Below the pieces are notes generated by a model. The model saw only the letters and a list, made by a program, of their open reading frames with translations. It did not search any database and was not told where the DNA came from. DNA of 64,000 nucleotides from NCBI RefSeq assembly GCF_009834535.1, contig NC_045707.1, forward strand, positions 53,694,001 through 53,758,000, in the 5' to 3' direction. The first letter of the stretch is position 1; every line of letters starts with the position of its first letter. Source of the DNA: Camelus ferus (lineage: Eukaryota). The position numbers were made by a program, and so were the translations under genes. This document shows, piece after piece, positions 1-12,120 of the stretch.

Positions 1-529
1 CTTTTCTACTGCTGCTTTAATAACACTTCATGCATTTCCAAATATTTTTAAATGTTCTATTTGATCTAAATAATCAGGCAAATTGTTGCCTATTTTCCCT
101 GGTAATCAAAATAAAATAGAAAAGCCAAAATTACAAAGGAAAATGTAAAAAACAAACACAACATAAATATGTGATAAAAGCCTGAATCAGTTACTAGGGG
201 GTAAATTAGCCCAAATAAATTACCTATAACAGTGAGTATAACTGCTTTCCCTGCAAAAGGAAAGGAGCTTGATTAGGCAAGACAAGGCTGAATTGTAGCT
301 AAAATCAGAATAGTTAAGATAGCAAGTGGCAAAAGGCCAAAAAAAACAGAAAAAAAGATTAGACAGTGGAGAGAGGAGAAATGCAGGATACATTCTGATA
401 AAGAAAAGATGCCTTGTTAGCAGCATCTGCCAAAACAGGACTGAATAGTGGCACAGCACTGGTGCAGTGAGTCACTTCTGGTAAACAAGCGTCTGGAATT
501 TTAGTAGACAAGTCTTATCTAAGACTCAG

Positions 530-599
530 GCCATGGAGGACCTGATCTATTGCTACTCAGTGTAACAGAACTGACAGCCCAGTAGCAAAATCTAGCAAG
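530..599 (+). other. Candidate upstream exon (or first-exon 3' end) of MGAT4C
   Basis: Strong Kozak gccATGG at 533 and donor AAG|gtagga at 600. Possible weak acceptor actcag| ends at 529. Non-repetitive context with TGAGTCA (468-474) and GTAAACA (481-487) upstream. Inference only. Confidence 0.35.
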
Positions 600-641
600 G
601 TAGGAGTGGGGTAGATCAACTAGTCATTTAAAAAGGAAACT

Positions 642-708
642 GGAAAGAAAGAAAGGGGGGAGGGGGGAGAGAGAGAGAGGGAGAGAGAGAGAGAGAGAGG
701 GAGGGAGG

Positions 709-756
<48 letters not shown>

Positions 757-759
757 GAG
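642..759. repeat. Polypurine tract / imperfect (GA)n microsatellite
   Basis: About 118 nt that are almost all purine; (GA)n from about 667 to 759. Confidence 0.97.
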
Positions 760-3147
760 CGCGAGAGCAGCCGGTGACAGCCGTTTCATTCACTGAGCAC
801 ATGCCCAGAGGGAGAACCTACTCTCAGAGGTCTCTGTTTCACTTTATTCTCAATGTTTAAACATTTCTAGTGTTTAAAGATAACAAAAATGTGATGGTTA
901 TTATAGCACATATATATATCTATATATATCTTTACATATTTTGCGTATATACATTGTCTAATTTCCCATGCATGTTATTGATAGAGTTATATATAAATAA
1001 CATACAATAATTTTTGAGTAAATAGGAAGGTAATTTTTCAGGGTAATTTTCTAGGGAAATTTTTTTTTCCTGCTGCCTTTATATTCTAATCCTCATTTCA
1101 GTCCCCATCCTCCCATCAGACAAGACCACACTGTATCATCATACTGAATGCTGGCCATTGGAGGTCCTGAATACTTTAAGAGAAGACCACTGAATGTACC
1201 GCTCTTTAGTCACAGTTTGACCTTTTTCTTTTGCTTTTATAGTTCGGCATTTGAAACTGCTACCTGACCTCTCAGCAGGTTAGCTATGATCTCCTCATCT
1301 TTGCCTACTTGATTATACTTAGGCAAAATTCTTAAAAGGAATAATAGAAGAGAGAGTCCTTTACAATTATAAGAGATACTAAGGTTGTTTTCTGTGCTCT
1401 TTTATTCACTTATGTGAATCCCCCCAAATCCCATTCATTTGAAAAAATATCAAGTAGCATCTTTGTGCCGGGGTTTGACTAGATATCAATATGCAAATGC
1501 TGTTCATGTCAGTCAGGGGTTCGCCCCTATTCACATCAGAGTGACACGAATGTCTTCTTCTCAAGGAAAAACAAAATCAGTGCTTCTCCACCCTTTATTT
1601 TTCTTATTAAACTTAATTTCTTATTAAGATTTCTATCTTGTGAGGTCTTCCTTCTGAGCCCTAGGACTAATTTTTAAAATGAATAATTTATTTAAAATAT
1701 TAATTGGTTAAAGTGCTTGTTCATATTTCAAAAACGGCTCCTACTGAAAAGTGGTAGTAAACTAAGGCTAATCCACACATCACATTTTCCCCAGGGTTTT
1801 ACCAACTTCATCCTTTAGTGTGTGGGCTTCTCGCACTTTAGAAAATCCTTGCTTTGTTACTATTACAGAGAGAATTATGAGCTATCATTCAGATATGTTA
1901 GGATGGAAAAAGTTTGAGAACTGTTCGCCTTAGTTCAATATGAAGTTCTTAGGGAAGTTAGGAAATCATTTTCAGGAAGACAGCCTTTAGGAGAACTATT
2001 AAAATTGTACCTTACTATTTTGCCATAGCAGGGTTGGTAGAGTCTTGGTGAAGGGGTAAAAACAGTAAGGCCATCGGGTTAAGGCCTGGTGACCTGGCAA
2101 CACCCCATTCAACTTCCTGTGGGTGTTCTTCAGTCTGCAGAAGGAAAATAAAAGAGCACTGATATTTAATCTAACAAGCTTTGTCATCAAGTTAATAGGT
2201 AAGAGGATTTATATTTCAATAAAGTAAATAAATACCAAATTAAATATTAAAAGCAAAAGAACTGATGTTCATTACCACAAAATTTCCCTTTTGTCTTCTA
2301 TTCAGTTATATAATTATTTCCAGAAAGAAGATGCAAATCTACACTGACTTCCACTATGGAATATGAGTTGAAAGTTTGAACTGAATAGACATATAGTCTC
2401 ATTTTCAGATAAGTGCAATATCCAGATTCACTATTCCCTTCATAGTTTTAGGTGACATGGTAACAGAAATAAGAGCTTTGAAATACGTTACATTTTCACT
2501 TGAGCAAATGTTTTATTCTAATGCCAGCATGCATACTTTTCAGTGCACTAAAAAAAAAAAAAGCTGTTTATGAAAAATATTTTCTCATCAACTTGAAACA
2601 CATAAATCTCAAGAACTTCATTAGCAAAAGCACCTATTGAAAACACTTGTTTTTCCATCTCCATTACTGAATCATATGTTATAATCAATAAACACTTGTA
2701 GTCTACATGGAATAATTCATATTCTCATAGAAAAAGTGTTGGAGTTTGAGTATTTGGGTACTCTATGTGGATCTATTAAGATTCTTCAGAGCCCTCAAGA
2801 ACTGAATTATTGACTAATTTTTAAAATGTTCTTCATATGGACTTATTCTGAAGTATGCTTTGCATACGAGAATGAAAAGGTAACTCCTAGTTCTCTCAGA
2901 TTTTCCAACAGCATACTGCTGCTAACAGAATGAAACTTTAGGTAAAGCTTTAAGTGTCTGAGATGTTTTTCTTCTTCAAAGAAGAAAATTACCTAGATAA
3001 GGACCTAAGGAACTAGCTAATTCTCCTAAATTCATTATCATGAGAAAAAAAAAAGACAGGGGTGGATATGTTGACACAGTATTCTCTTCTTCAATTTCTG
3101 TCCTCTTCAGTTATGTATTTCTTTTATTCAGTTTGGTAGTATATATA

Positions 3148-3262
3148 ACTCTCTCTCTCACTCTCTTTTTCTCTCTCTACCTACCTACCAACCTACCTAT
3201 TTACCCATCTAAGTAATCATTTATCTATCTATCCATCTATCCAAACATCCTTCCATCCACCC
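3148..3262. repeat. Compound (CT)n/(CCTA)n/(TCTA)n/(TCCA)n low-complexity repeat
   Basis: Visible degenerate di- and tetranucleotide runs. Confidence 0.8.
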
Positions 3263-3679
3263 TTTGCTTTATTGCTCAAAATATATGAGAGCAGGAGGAA
3301 AGAATGCATGTATATGAATATGTGTGGCTGTCTGTGTCTATTTATCTGTCTGTCTCATCTTTGATGAGACTCACAAATATAAGTATAGACACGTTTTGTA
3401 CACTCATAAACATATTTGGATTTTATTTTAGCTTTTATTATTTATTTGCAATTATATCATTTTCTCCTCCACTCATATGTGGACAAGAACAACAAAAAAC
3501 ATTGGCCTGACCTGGGATTTTTTAAAAGTATGGAGTTAAAAAACAGACAATAAGAGAAATTCAGAAACTTCAAGGAAAGTTCTGTCTCTTTGCTTGAGAA
3601 AGATCTTATTCTGAATAATTAGTTTAGTGACGAGTGTGCTGGAACCGAAGAGAATGTAACAAAGTACTTAAGAGTACGG

Positions 3680-3878
3680 GAAATGCCATTTACCAGCTCT
3701 GTAACCTTGGGCAAGTCACTTAATCCTTTTGTTCTTAGTTCTGAAGTCTGTAAAAGAAGGATAATGATGGTAATTATTTCATAGAGATGTCTTGAAGTTT
3801 GAATGTGTTAATATTTATAAAGAGCTCTGAACAGTAGTTGGCAAACAATAAACACCCTATATATTAGCTGTTGTTGTC
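3680..3878 (+). mobile_element. MIR SINE
   Basis: Core motif ttaccagctctgtaaccttgggcaagtcacttaatc...ctgtaaaa...ataatgatg. Confidence 0.85.
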
Positions 3879-3984
3879 TGAATACCCTTACAGAAATGAA
3901 AGCTCATGAGAGCAGGAGATTTGCTTTTATGTTCATTGCTATTTCCTAGAAGTAACACTTGAAAGTATTCAATAAGCCTCATTT

Positions 3985-4700
3985 TGAAGAGGCAGTGCAG
4001 TGTCCTAGATAAAAACAGGGATCATGAGGACAGACTCCCTGCATTAAAATCCAGGCTCCAGTACTATTAGGTGTTTTACTTGTGCAAGATACTTAACGCT
4101 GTTCTTCAGTTCTCAATACTGTAAAATGAAGATGTTTTGGTTAATTTTATGTGTCAGCTTGACAGAATCTCAGGGTGACCAGATGTTTGGCTAAACATTA
4201 TTTCTGGATGTGTCTGTGATGGTGTTTCTGGATGAGATTAGCATTTGAATTGGTAGAATGAGTAAAACAGATTGCTCTTTCCAACGTGAGTGGGCCTCAT
4301 CCAATCTATTAAGGGCCTGAATAGAAAGAAAAGGCAGAGGAAGGGAGAATTTGTTCAGTCTGCCTGACAGCTGAGCTAGAACATCAGTCTTCTGCACTCA
4401 GACCAGGACTTACACCATTGGCTCTCCTGCTCTTGAGCCTTTGCACTCAGAGTGAAACTACACCACTGGATTTCCTAGTCTCCTATCTTGCAGATGGCAG
4501 ATCTTGGGAATTCTCAAATTCCATAATTGCATGAGACTTGTAGATAAATAAATAAAAGAGAGAGAGAGATCTTCTGTTGGTTTGGTTTCTCAGGAGAGAA
4601 GCTAACATAGGGTTAATAATAAAAATCTCAACTCATACAATTATTGAGAGGAGTAAATGGAATAACATATATAAAATCCTGACCCATAGTGCATTTCTAC
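3985..4700 (+). mobile_element. MIR SINE split by an MLT2 LTR (halves about 3985-4132 and 4610-4700)
   Basis: The MIR core ...ctgtaaaatgaaga stops at 4132 and resumes as ggttaataataaaaatctcaactcata... after the LTR. Confidence 0.7.
4133..4609 (+). mobile_element. MLT2-family (ERVL) solo LTR
   Basis: Starts tgttttggttaattttatgtgtcagcttgac, contains gatgagattagcatttgaattggtaga and ends ctgttggtttggtttctcaggagagaagctaaca, typical MLT2 motifs. Confidence 0.88.
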
Positions 4701-5829
4701 CCCATCACCTGATGCTAAGGGAAATCATTCACATAGTGTCATATGGGAATAGGATGTGCTCTCTGGAGTTGCACAACCCAGCAGTCCTCATGTGAGTTAT
4801 ATAAATGTCAACCATGTTTGCTATGTTGATAACCAAAAGTAAAGTTAAGAAATATTTTATAGCCTGAAGAATACTGTTATAAGCCAACTAAAAATCATGT
4901 TCGAAAAACAGTTGGGGCTATCTCTGTGAATTTTTTTTTGCTTGTTTGATCCTCTGAACTTGATGCTATAGTGCCTATTTGATATTTTTCTCTTCTAAAA
5001 GAGATTGTCTTTTTGAGCTTAGACTTTATTTTGAATCTATGTTTTTCCCATATTCACATATTACCATTATGCCCTGCTACTTTGCTAACCTCCAAAAATC
5101 AAAGCGTTCCTTGCTTTGGTATTTTCACAATGCATTTAATATGACTGCATGCAATTCCCTCCGCTCTTTGTGCTTTGACATAATCATATTCTCCATTGCC
5201 TACCTCTGCACTGAAAAGCAGTATTACTTTGGAATTTTACTTTGGGACAACCTGTATTATTTTATAAGCTTTAACCTCAGCTACAATTTAGAGTAATCTA
5301 AATGATTACTAATCTATGTGATAATCTAGATTTCATCTTTGTTTAGAAAAATCAGCATACTCTTGAATGAGCAAATTGGATACATGTTTTCCCATGGATT
5401 TTGACTGAATAAGGAGTTTGCTTCTTGGTTGTTCAATTTTTTAAATTGGTTGTTAATTGCATTATTAGAACTCAGCACAAAAATATGGTTCCAAATCTAA
5501 TTGTTTATGGACCTGGTAGGAGGTGGTTACTCTAGGTCTGTCCTGACAAATATACCTCTGTGTTCTAGTAATATTATTTTCCTAAAAATCTCTTCAGGGA
5601 TAGACACAGCTTTGAAATCCCAGCTTATTAAGAAAGATACAGAGATAAAGCTATAACCTTTAAAAACTGTATTGCTGTCTATATAAATAAATATTGTTAA
5701 GAGAATCTTAGCTACAAACCATCAACTGAAACTAAAGCTGAAATTTGGGGGAAAATATCTGTTGGTAAATATTTTGATTGAATCCACACACAAGAGATAG
5801 ATTAGCTGACTAGCTTTTTCCTTCATGTT

Positions 5830-6680
5830 GATTCATTCTTTCAATAACTATTTATTATATCTATGATTTGTTAGATACTTGCAAACTATCCAAGAAAAAA
5901 ATTCTGTTCTTATAAAGTTTGCAATCTAGTCCGAGAAGACAGATAATGAATAATAAATAAATAAGTAAATTATATGATGTATTGGAAGGTTACAAATGCT
6001 ATAGAAAAGAAAAAGACATAGGACAAGATGAGGGGCTTTAGAATGCCTGTTTGGAGGGAGGAACTTGGAATTTAATAGTTAGGACGGACCTCTTTGAGAA
6101 GGTTGTATCTGAACAGTGACTTGAAGGAAGGTAGGTGCTCAAGCCATGGGAATATTTAGGAGGAGAAATTTCAAAAAGAAAATTGGAGCATCCAGGGCAA
6201 ATTTCACACATCAAGGAGGCTCACAGCAGGTGCAGAGAACAACGAAGAAGGCAGTGTGGCTGCTGCTGAAAGAAGAGGGCAGGAATCAGAGACCAGCGAG
6301 GACCTTTTGAGCCATCATAATTGGCATTCATTTCAAAAGGATTGAGGAGATATTATAACGTTTTGTAGAGGAATGAGATTATCTGACTTTTATTTTTAAA
6401 AGATCCTTCTAGTTACTCTCTTTAGAATAGGTTGGGGGATGGGCAAAAAGACAAGTTTGCAAGAGTGAAAGGATGGGGGTGAGCTGAAACCATATTAGTT
6501 AAATACAGATAAGAAATCCTAGTAACCTGGACCAAGATGATAGCAATAGTTTTAGAGAGCTATTGTTATATTATGGATGTATATTAAAGATGAGGCCAGC
6601 AGGATTTCCTGGTGAATTGGATGTGGTTTGTAAGATGGAGTTGACTCTAATTGGCCTGGAGGACTGGAAACTAGAGAAAC
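5830..6680 (-). mobile_element. LINE-2 (L2) 3' fragment
   Basis: attcattctttcaataactatttatt (reverse L2 tail) followed by purine-rich L2-like body. Confidence 0.75.
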
Positions 6681-7860
6681 ATCAGTTGGGAATGAGACTG
6701 TTGTATAAATTCATCTGCTTACTCAACTCCCAAAGCTTACACAGTTCCCTTTCCTCTGGGTGCCATGTTATGTGTGGAGTATTACGATTGGAGACTTTTT
6801 TCACTTTACACGTATTAGATTTTAGACTAATAGACTTAGTAAAATCTAAAACTTATACGTATACTCTATTTTCTAATCTGGAGCACTGTTTTTGACCCAG
6901 TCACCTGTGGAAGGATGGTGGTTTCAGTATTTGAGAAGTAAATCCATATTATCTCAATTTGACTTACCTCAATATTTTTTGTAGGTAGGACTGTCCTATT
7001 CAAGAGAAAGGGAAGAGTTTTTGGGGAGAAGCTTATTAAAAAATACTTGAGGATAAGCCAGATAAGCTACAAAGTCATATATTTTTAACTCCTCAGAGAA
7101 TGGAAGACACAAAACTAAATGACCAAATTCCAGAAAAGGGAGATCCTTCCCCAGAGTAAAAGAATCAAAGGAATCTCATAATTGTTTTCATCTCTAAGGG
7201 CACTGCCGCAGAGGAAGACTTTCTGCCTTAGACAGGATGAGGGGAAACCAGCACAATTTTTAACAAGCTATAAATGGTCACATGTGGGTTGAAGCAATGA
7301 ATTAGAATTCCAAGCAGTCACTATCACAAACAAGATCTGTAGTATTGACCACAGAGGAGCTTCACCAAGGGCAAGGCCATGGCCTGAAAAAGACTGGGGC
7401 AAGGGAGGAGAGCTAAGAAAGCCCACCCCAAGGCCTACAGGCCTTTCATGTACTGCGCTGCTGCAGAGGGCTGGGGGCAGGGCAGGGCAGCCTCTTTAGA
7501 GGCATGGAAAACTGGGATAGAAAAGAATGCCTCAATAATTGGTAAGATCCCAGACACCCAGGTCAACTGCAGATTAAACTGGTTTAGGCCCTCACTTAGC
7601 CATGCAGGGACTAAAAGTGAGGTTCAAAAGCTTCATCAGAAATTCATATTAATAACTGAACTATAAGAAAAAGACTAATTAACTAACAACACAACAACCA
7701 CAAAAACTGTTTCCCAAGAAACTAACCGTAGAGGGAAGGAACAGTTTAGAAAGAGGAATAGTAATGTTGCAAAGCAGATGAAGATGTGAACCATAACCCT
7801 GAAGAGCAGAATACCTACCAAAAAATCAAACTAAAGCTTAAAGAACAAAATCTGCATTGT

Positions 7861-8162
7861 AATAAACAGTGAATGTTAAAAAAACAGAAACCTATTCATA
7901 GATACAGGAACCAACTAGTGGTTGCCAGCGGGTAGAGAGAAGGAGAAAGGGCAAGATAGGGATAAGAGATTGAGGTACAAACTACTAGGTATAAAATAAG
8001 CTACAAGGATGTATTGTACAGCACAAGGAATATAGCCAATATTTGACATTAACTTTAAATGGAGTATAATCTTTAAAAATACTGAATCACTATGTTGTAC
8101 CTCTGAAACTAATAGAATATTGTAAATCAACTATACTTCAATATAACAAAATTAAAAAATAG
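7861..8162 (+). mobile_element. 5'-truncated L1 3' end (cetartiodactyl type) with TSD
   Basis: L1 3' motif tgtacctctgaaactaata...tgtaaatcaactatacttcaata plus A-rich tail. Flanked by aaaatctgcattgt (7847-7860) and aaaacctgcattgt (8163-8176), 13/14 identical. Confidence 0.88.
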
Positions 8163-11100
8163 AAAACCTGCATTGTTGCCCCTGATAAGAAAATATATAT
8201 TTTATGGTCACTAGCACAGGCTGGTCTGAAAAAATCCAGTGGCTTAAGAGATAAGAACACACAGGGCAGACCAAAATTAGCTGAAACGGATGTTGAAGCT
8301 GAAATTTTAGAGGTAATCCAATTGCAGTATTTGACAGAGGCTCAGGAGAACCAGGGAACCCTCTGAGTTATTAGTAAGGGATGCGTCCAGTTGACGGGAC
8401 TTGTGCAGCCAGGGTCTAGGTCCTGTGTTGACCAGCTAGCACTTCCACTTCGGCTTCTGCTCTTACTCTGTCTGCATGGCAAGAAAGTTCACTCCTGCTT
8501 TCGTCTCTAATCATCAACCTGGACCAGTGGGCCTCATAATCTATTACCTGCCTTCTGCCCATGGAACAGATGATCCAGTGTCCTTAAAACTGAAGTCCAG
8601 TAGAACAGATACTAAGGATGCTGTAGGCAATTTGATTTTCACTATTTCTCTCTTAACTTGAAAGCAAAGCACCTGGCCCAAGCTTTCTTCCTCTACCAAG
8701 TTGAAGGTTCGTATTGGGAATGGACGATGAGGGAAATTGATAACAGGAAGACCTCCTTCCTCCCCCTGCCTTCCTCCAGGAACCATATGAAGACTGTCTT
8801 CCACCTTCCATTACTTTCTAAGGGAGGGATTTTGCTGGCCAACCCCATCCCCTGTTAGCGTGGATAGATGTCTGCCCACTAAGATGTTTCCACTTTAACC
8901 TTGTTCACATCCAGGGTTTCACTCCCCACAATCATTTCTTGAAAGTTGCTCCCTGTTGGACTAAATTCTTCAGGCGAATCTTCTGAGGATCCAGAATCTG
9001 AGGAAAAATGCTTCTATCATGTCGTGTTCTCTTTTACTTTAACAGCTAAGAATGAAGTGTTTTCAGACATTTGTGCAATTTGAGCCTTGATAAAATTATA
9101 ATTCTTAGGGTAGAATTTCATAGTTAAAAGTCATTTCTTAATTAAAATTATTTAAATAAATTATCTCCAATCTATTAGACTCTAGATTGGTATTGGATTC
9201 TGATGTGATTCAATAGCCAGTCATAACAAAAGCTAGAATAAGCATTTTAGCTGAGGAGTTAAACAACTAGGTAGATTTAAAACTTTAATAAGACATATTT
9301 GTTTCCTAAAAATTTCTAAGACAACTGTGAGAGTTTTCTGAACATTACCTTAATAATTTTTATTCATTTAAAAAAAAGAAGCAAAAAGACTTGGAGCCTC
9401 TGGGAGAATGCAATAAGGGAAAAACAATGCTTTGCTCTTTGAGTGACATGAGGAGATCAGTCTGTCTAGAGGCCTCGCTCAGTGAGGCCTTGAGCCTCAA
9501 ATAGGTCTGTCATCCCGGAGGTCTCTACAAGCTGTAGGCCTTCATGTGAGTTGGTGGTCATGGCTGCATGTTTCCCTCTCCACCTCTAGGAAATTGAGAA
9601 CAAAGACGTTTTCAGAGACAATGCTCTCTACCCATTGTCTTGCTTCCTGCTTTATTTCTGTTTCCATCCTGTGCGAGAGTGCTGACTTGCATTTTTCTGG
9701 GCAGGTTGAGTATGCTGACATGCATGGAAAAGGTAGACAGTGTGGGGGTGAAGCTTACCCCACAAGTGTTAGCGCTCCGTGCAGGGGTTGCTGCTCTAGT
9801 GCTCTTAACCCACAGAGCTGATCAAGTGAGAGGGGCAAGAACCAGAAGGACTGAATCCTCATCATCTTAGTTCATTGTAATCCGTTCAAATTGAAGTTTC
9901 ACACTGTGGTTTTGTGTCCAAAAAGTAAGCGTATCTGAGTACCACAGCCTAGGTAGGAGAGCCTCTATCAGCTGTATTGGCCACATCAGACTGAGGCTTG
10001 AACTCTCCTGTGTCTGCCCTTCCAGCATGAATGTATATCTCCCCAGGGGAGGGATGGGGGTGGGCAGGGGCTGTCTGCATCTCACAAGAGAAAAAGGAGA
10101 CAGGTGTTTCCAGCCAGCAGAATGGAAATTAGAAACACTGGTTTTAGCCCAGCTCATCAAGAGAATTATGGTTCCTTCTGTAGGGAGAAAAAATCAGCAA
10201 AGGGATGAACAAACGTGAACAAAGGATGAACAGAGCACAAAGGAAGAGCTCTTGTGAACATTAAGGGGAGATGTTAGATCTTCCAGGAAAATGGAATTCT
10301 GTGGCATGTGAATTGAATAAAATGTTTTTGTAAAATGTTACATTCTTTAAATCCAGCAATATTCCTAGAAAACAGTGGGAAAACATTTGGAAATGCTTTG
10401 TATGAACTTAAGACTATCTACTAATGAAATTGGAATTGGGAAGAATTTGAGGGCAAAACTTGAAAACTGAATATGTTTTTACATCTTAAAGATAAATAAA
10501 ATATTAAATTAGATGTTTAAACATAGTTGTTAGAGTTGAATAAACTCTTAGCTTTTTATTCAAATCATGGAGAAACCACTTGAAAAATGTCAGAGAGACA
10601 TTTTTCCACATAATATATTATGAATTTATTTTTAATTGAGACCTAGAAGACCTGTGGTATATATTGCCTCTGGGAAGCTACCAAAACTCTTGTGACCTCA
10701 GTTTTCTAATACAAAGGAAAGCTAATATCAAAACTTGTTAGGCTTGCTTTATAAGACTGATTTAAGAATCCATGACAGTAATATATTTAAAGTATGTTCG
10801 GATTTACAACGCTGTAAATTTTAAAGTATAATTTAATTGCAAGCCTTATTGAAGAAACTACTGGGGAAAATATTTCTCACTATTAGTAGATTATTAAGTT
10901 TATTTTTCTTACTAAAAGAGGTTATGAGAAGAGTTTGAATATTTTATTTGGCATGATACAAAATATTTTTATAGATTTGGGGAGGATTTATACTATTTAC
11001 ACAAACTACTCAATGATCAGAAAGAGAGTTGTCATTTTTCTGATGAGGCTTTTTATTTTGCACTGTGTTTCTAGCAGATTTTTTATAGCATTTATATGTG

Positions 11101-11499
11101 TCAGTTATGAGGAACATTACAATTTCCTAGATCATTCAAGCCTAAACATCATTTTAATAACTAAAATATATAAATGTAAAAGATACACATTGTTAATTAA
11201 GGGCGTATTTTCATTTAAAGTATTTTTTTCTAATAAAAGTATCTATCTAAGCAAAGGTTTAGTTAACGACTAAGCAAGGAAGTGAGACAATGTAAGTTAA
11301 ATCAGATTTTAAAAGCCCTTAAATTTAAGTAAATCTATGACAATCTATTATTTATGAGGTCCAGAAAGGACTGTGAAATCAAAAATACTTCCTCAAATAG
11401 CAGTGCATAGAATTCAAAATTCTGTCTGCTGTAGATATCTTGTGTTAAAATATTTTCCCTGAAAAGCTCCAGTTAGTGGGAAAATGTCATATAAATTAA

Positions 11500-12120
11500 T
11501 TGTATTAGTCATTTAGCTATTGTTGAATATCTGTGATATTCCAAACACAAAGATGACATAACATGATTTCCGTCCTTGAGTTTTACGACGGGAAGACACA
11601 GACGTGCACAGAAGACTGCAATAGATGTAGTTCATCCTCTAATTGTAGTCTCGAGAAGTGAATGACCAACATTTCCACAGGGGTTTCAGACCCTCACACA
11701 AAGTGACATTTGATCAGGGTTTTGTCTAGGAAAATAAAAATACATGTTCAAAAGCACTGAAGCTTGAAAGTTCACATCAAATGTGTTTGAAAAATGGCAA
11801 GTAGTTCAGTGTGGCTGAGGCATAAGATGCTTGGTGGGAGTGAAATTTATGGCTAAGAAATTTATTTAACCAAACAGGCAATGAGAAACCAATAAAGGGA
11901 TCAAAGTCAAGAGTGATCTGACCAGATTTGCATATTAGGACATTATTTTGGCGGCAGAGGTATTTACTTCACTTGTCTGATTGGCAGGAAGGGGCAATAA
12001 ACATGATTTAGAGAGGGATAAACTGAAAGGCCAGAAGGGTAGCTGCTGTGGGCACAGGAACATTACTTGGAGCCTGAACGCTTGGAAAAAGAGAGCTCCG
12101 GAAAGTTATAGTAAGAAAAT
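11500..12120 (-). mobile_element. Degenerate L2 fragment
   Basis: gtcatttagctattgttgaatatct start and L2-like gagtgatctgaccagatttgcata motifs. Confidence 0.6.

Noticed and set aside
620..802. ORFs made of LS or YLFI repeats (also 19075-19257)
   Set aside because: Translations of (GA)n and (TTTA)n microsatellites.
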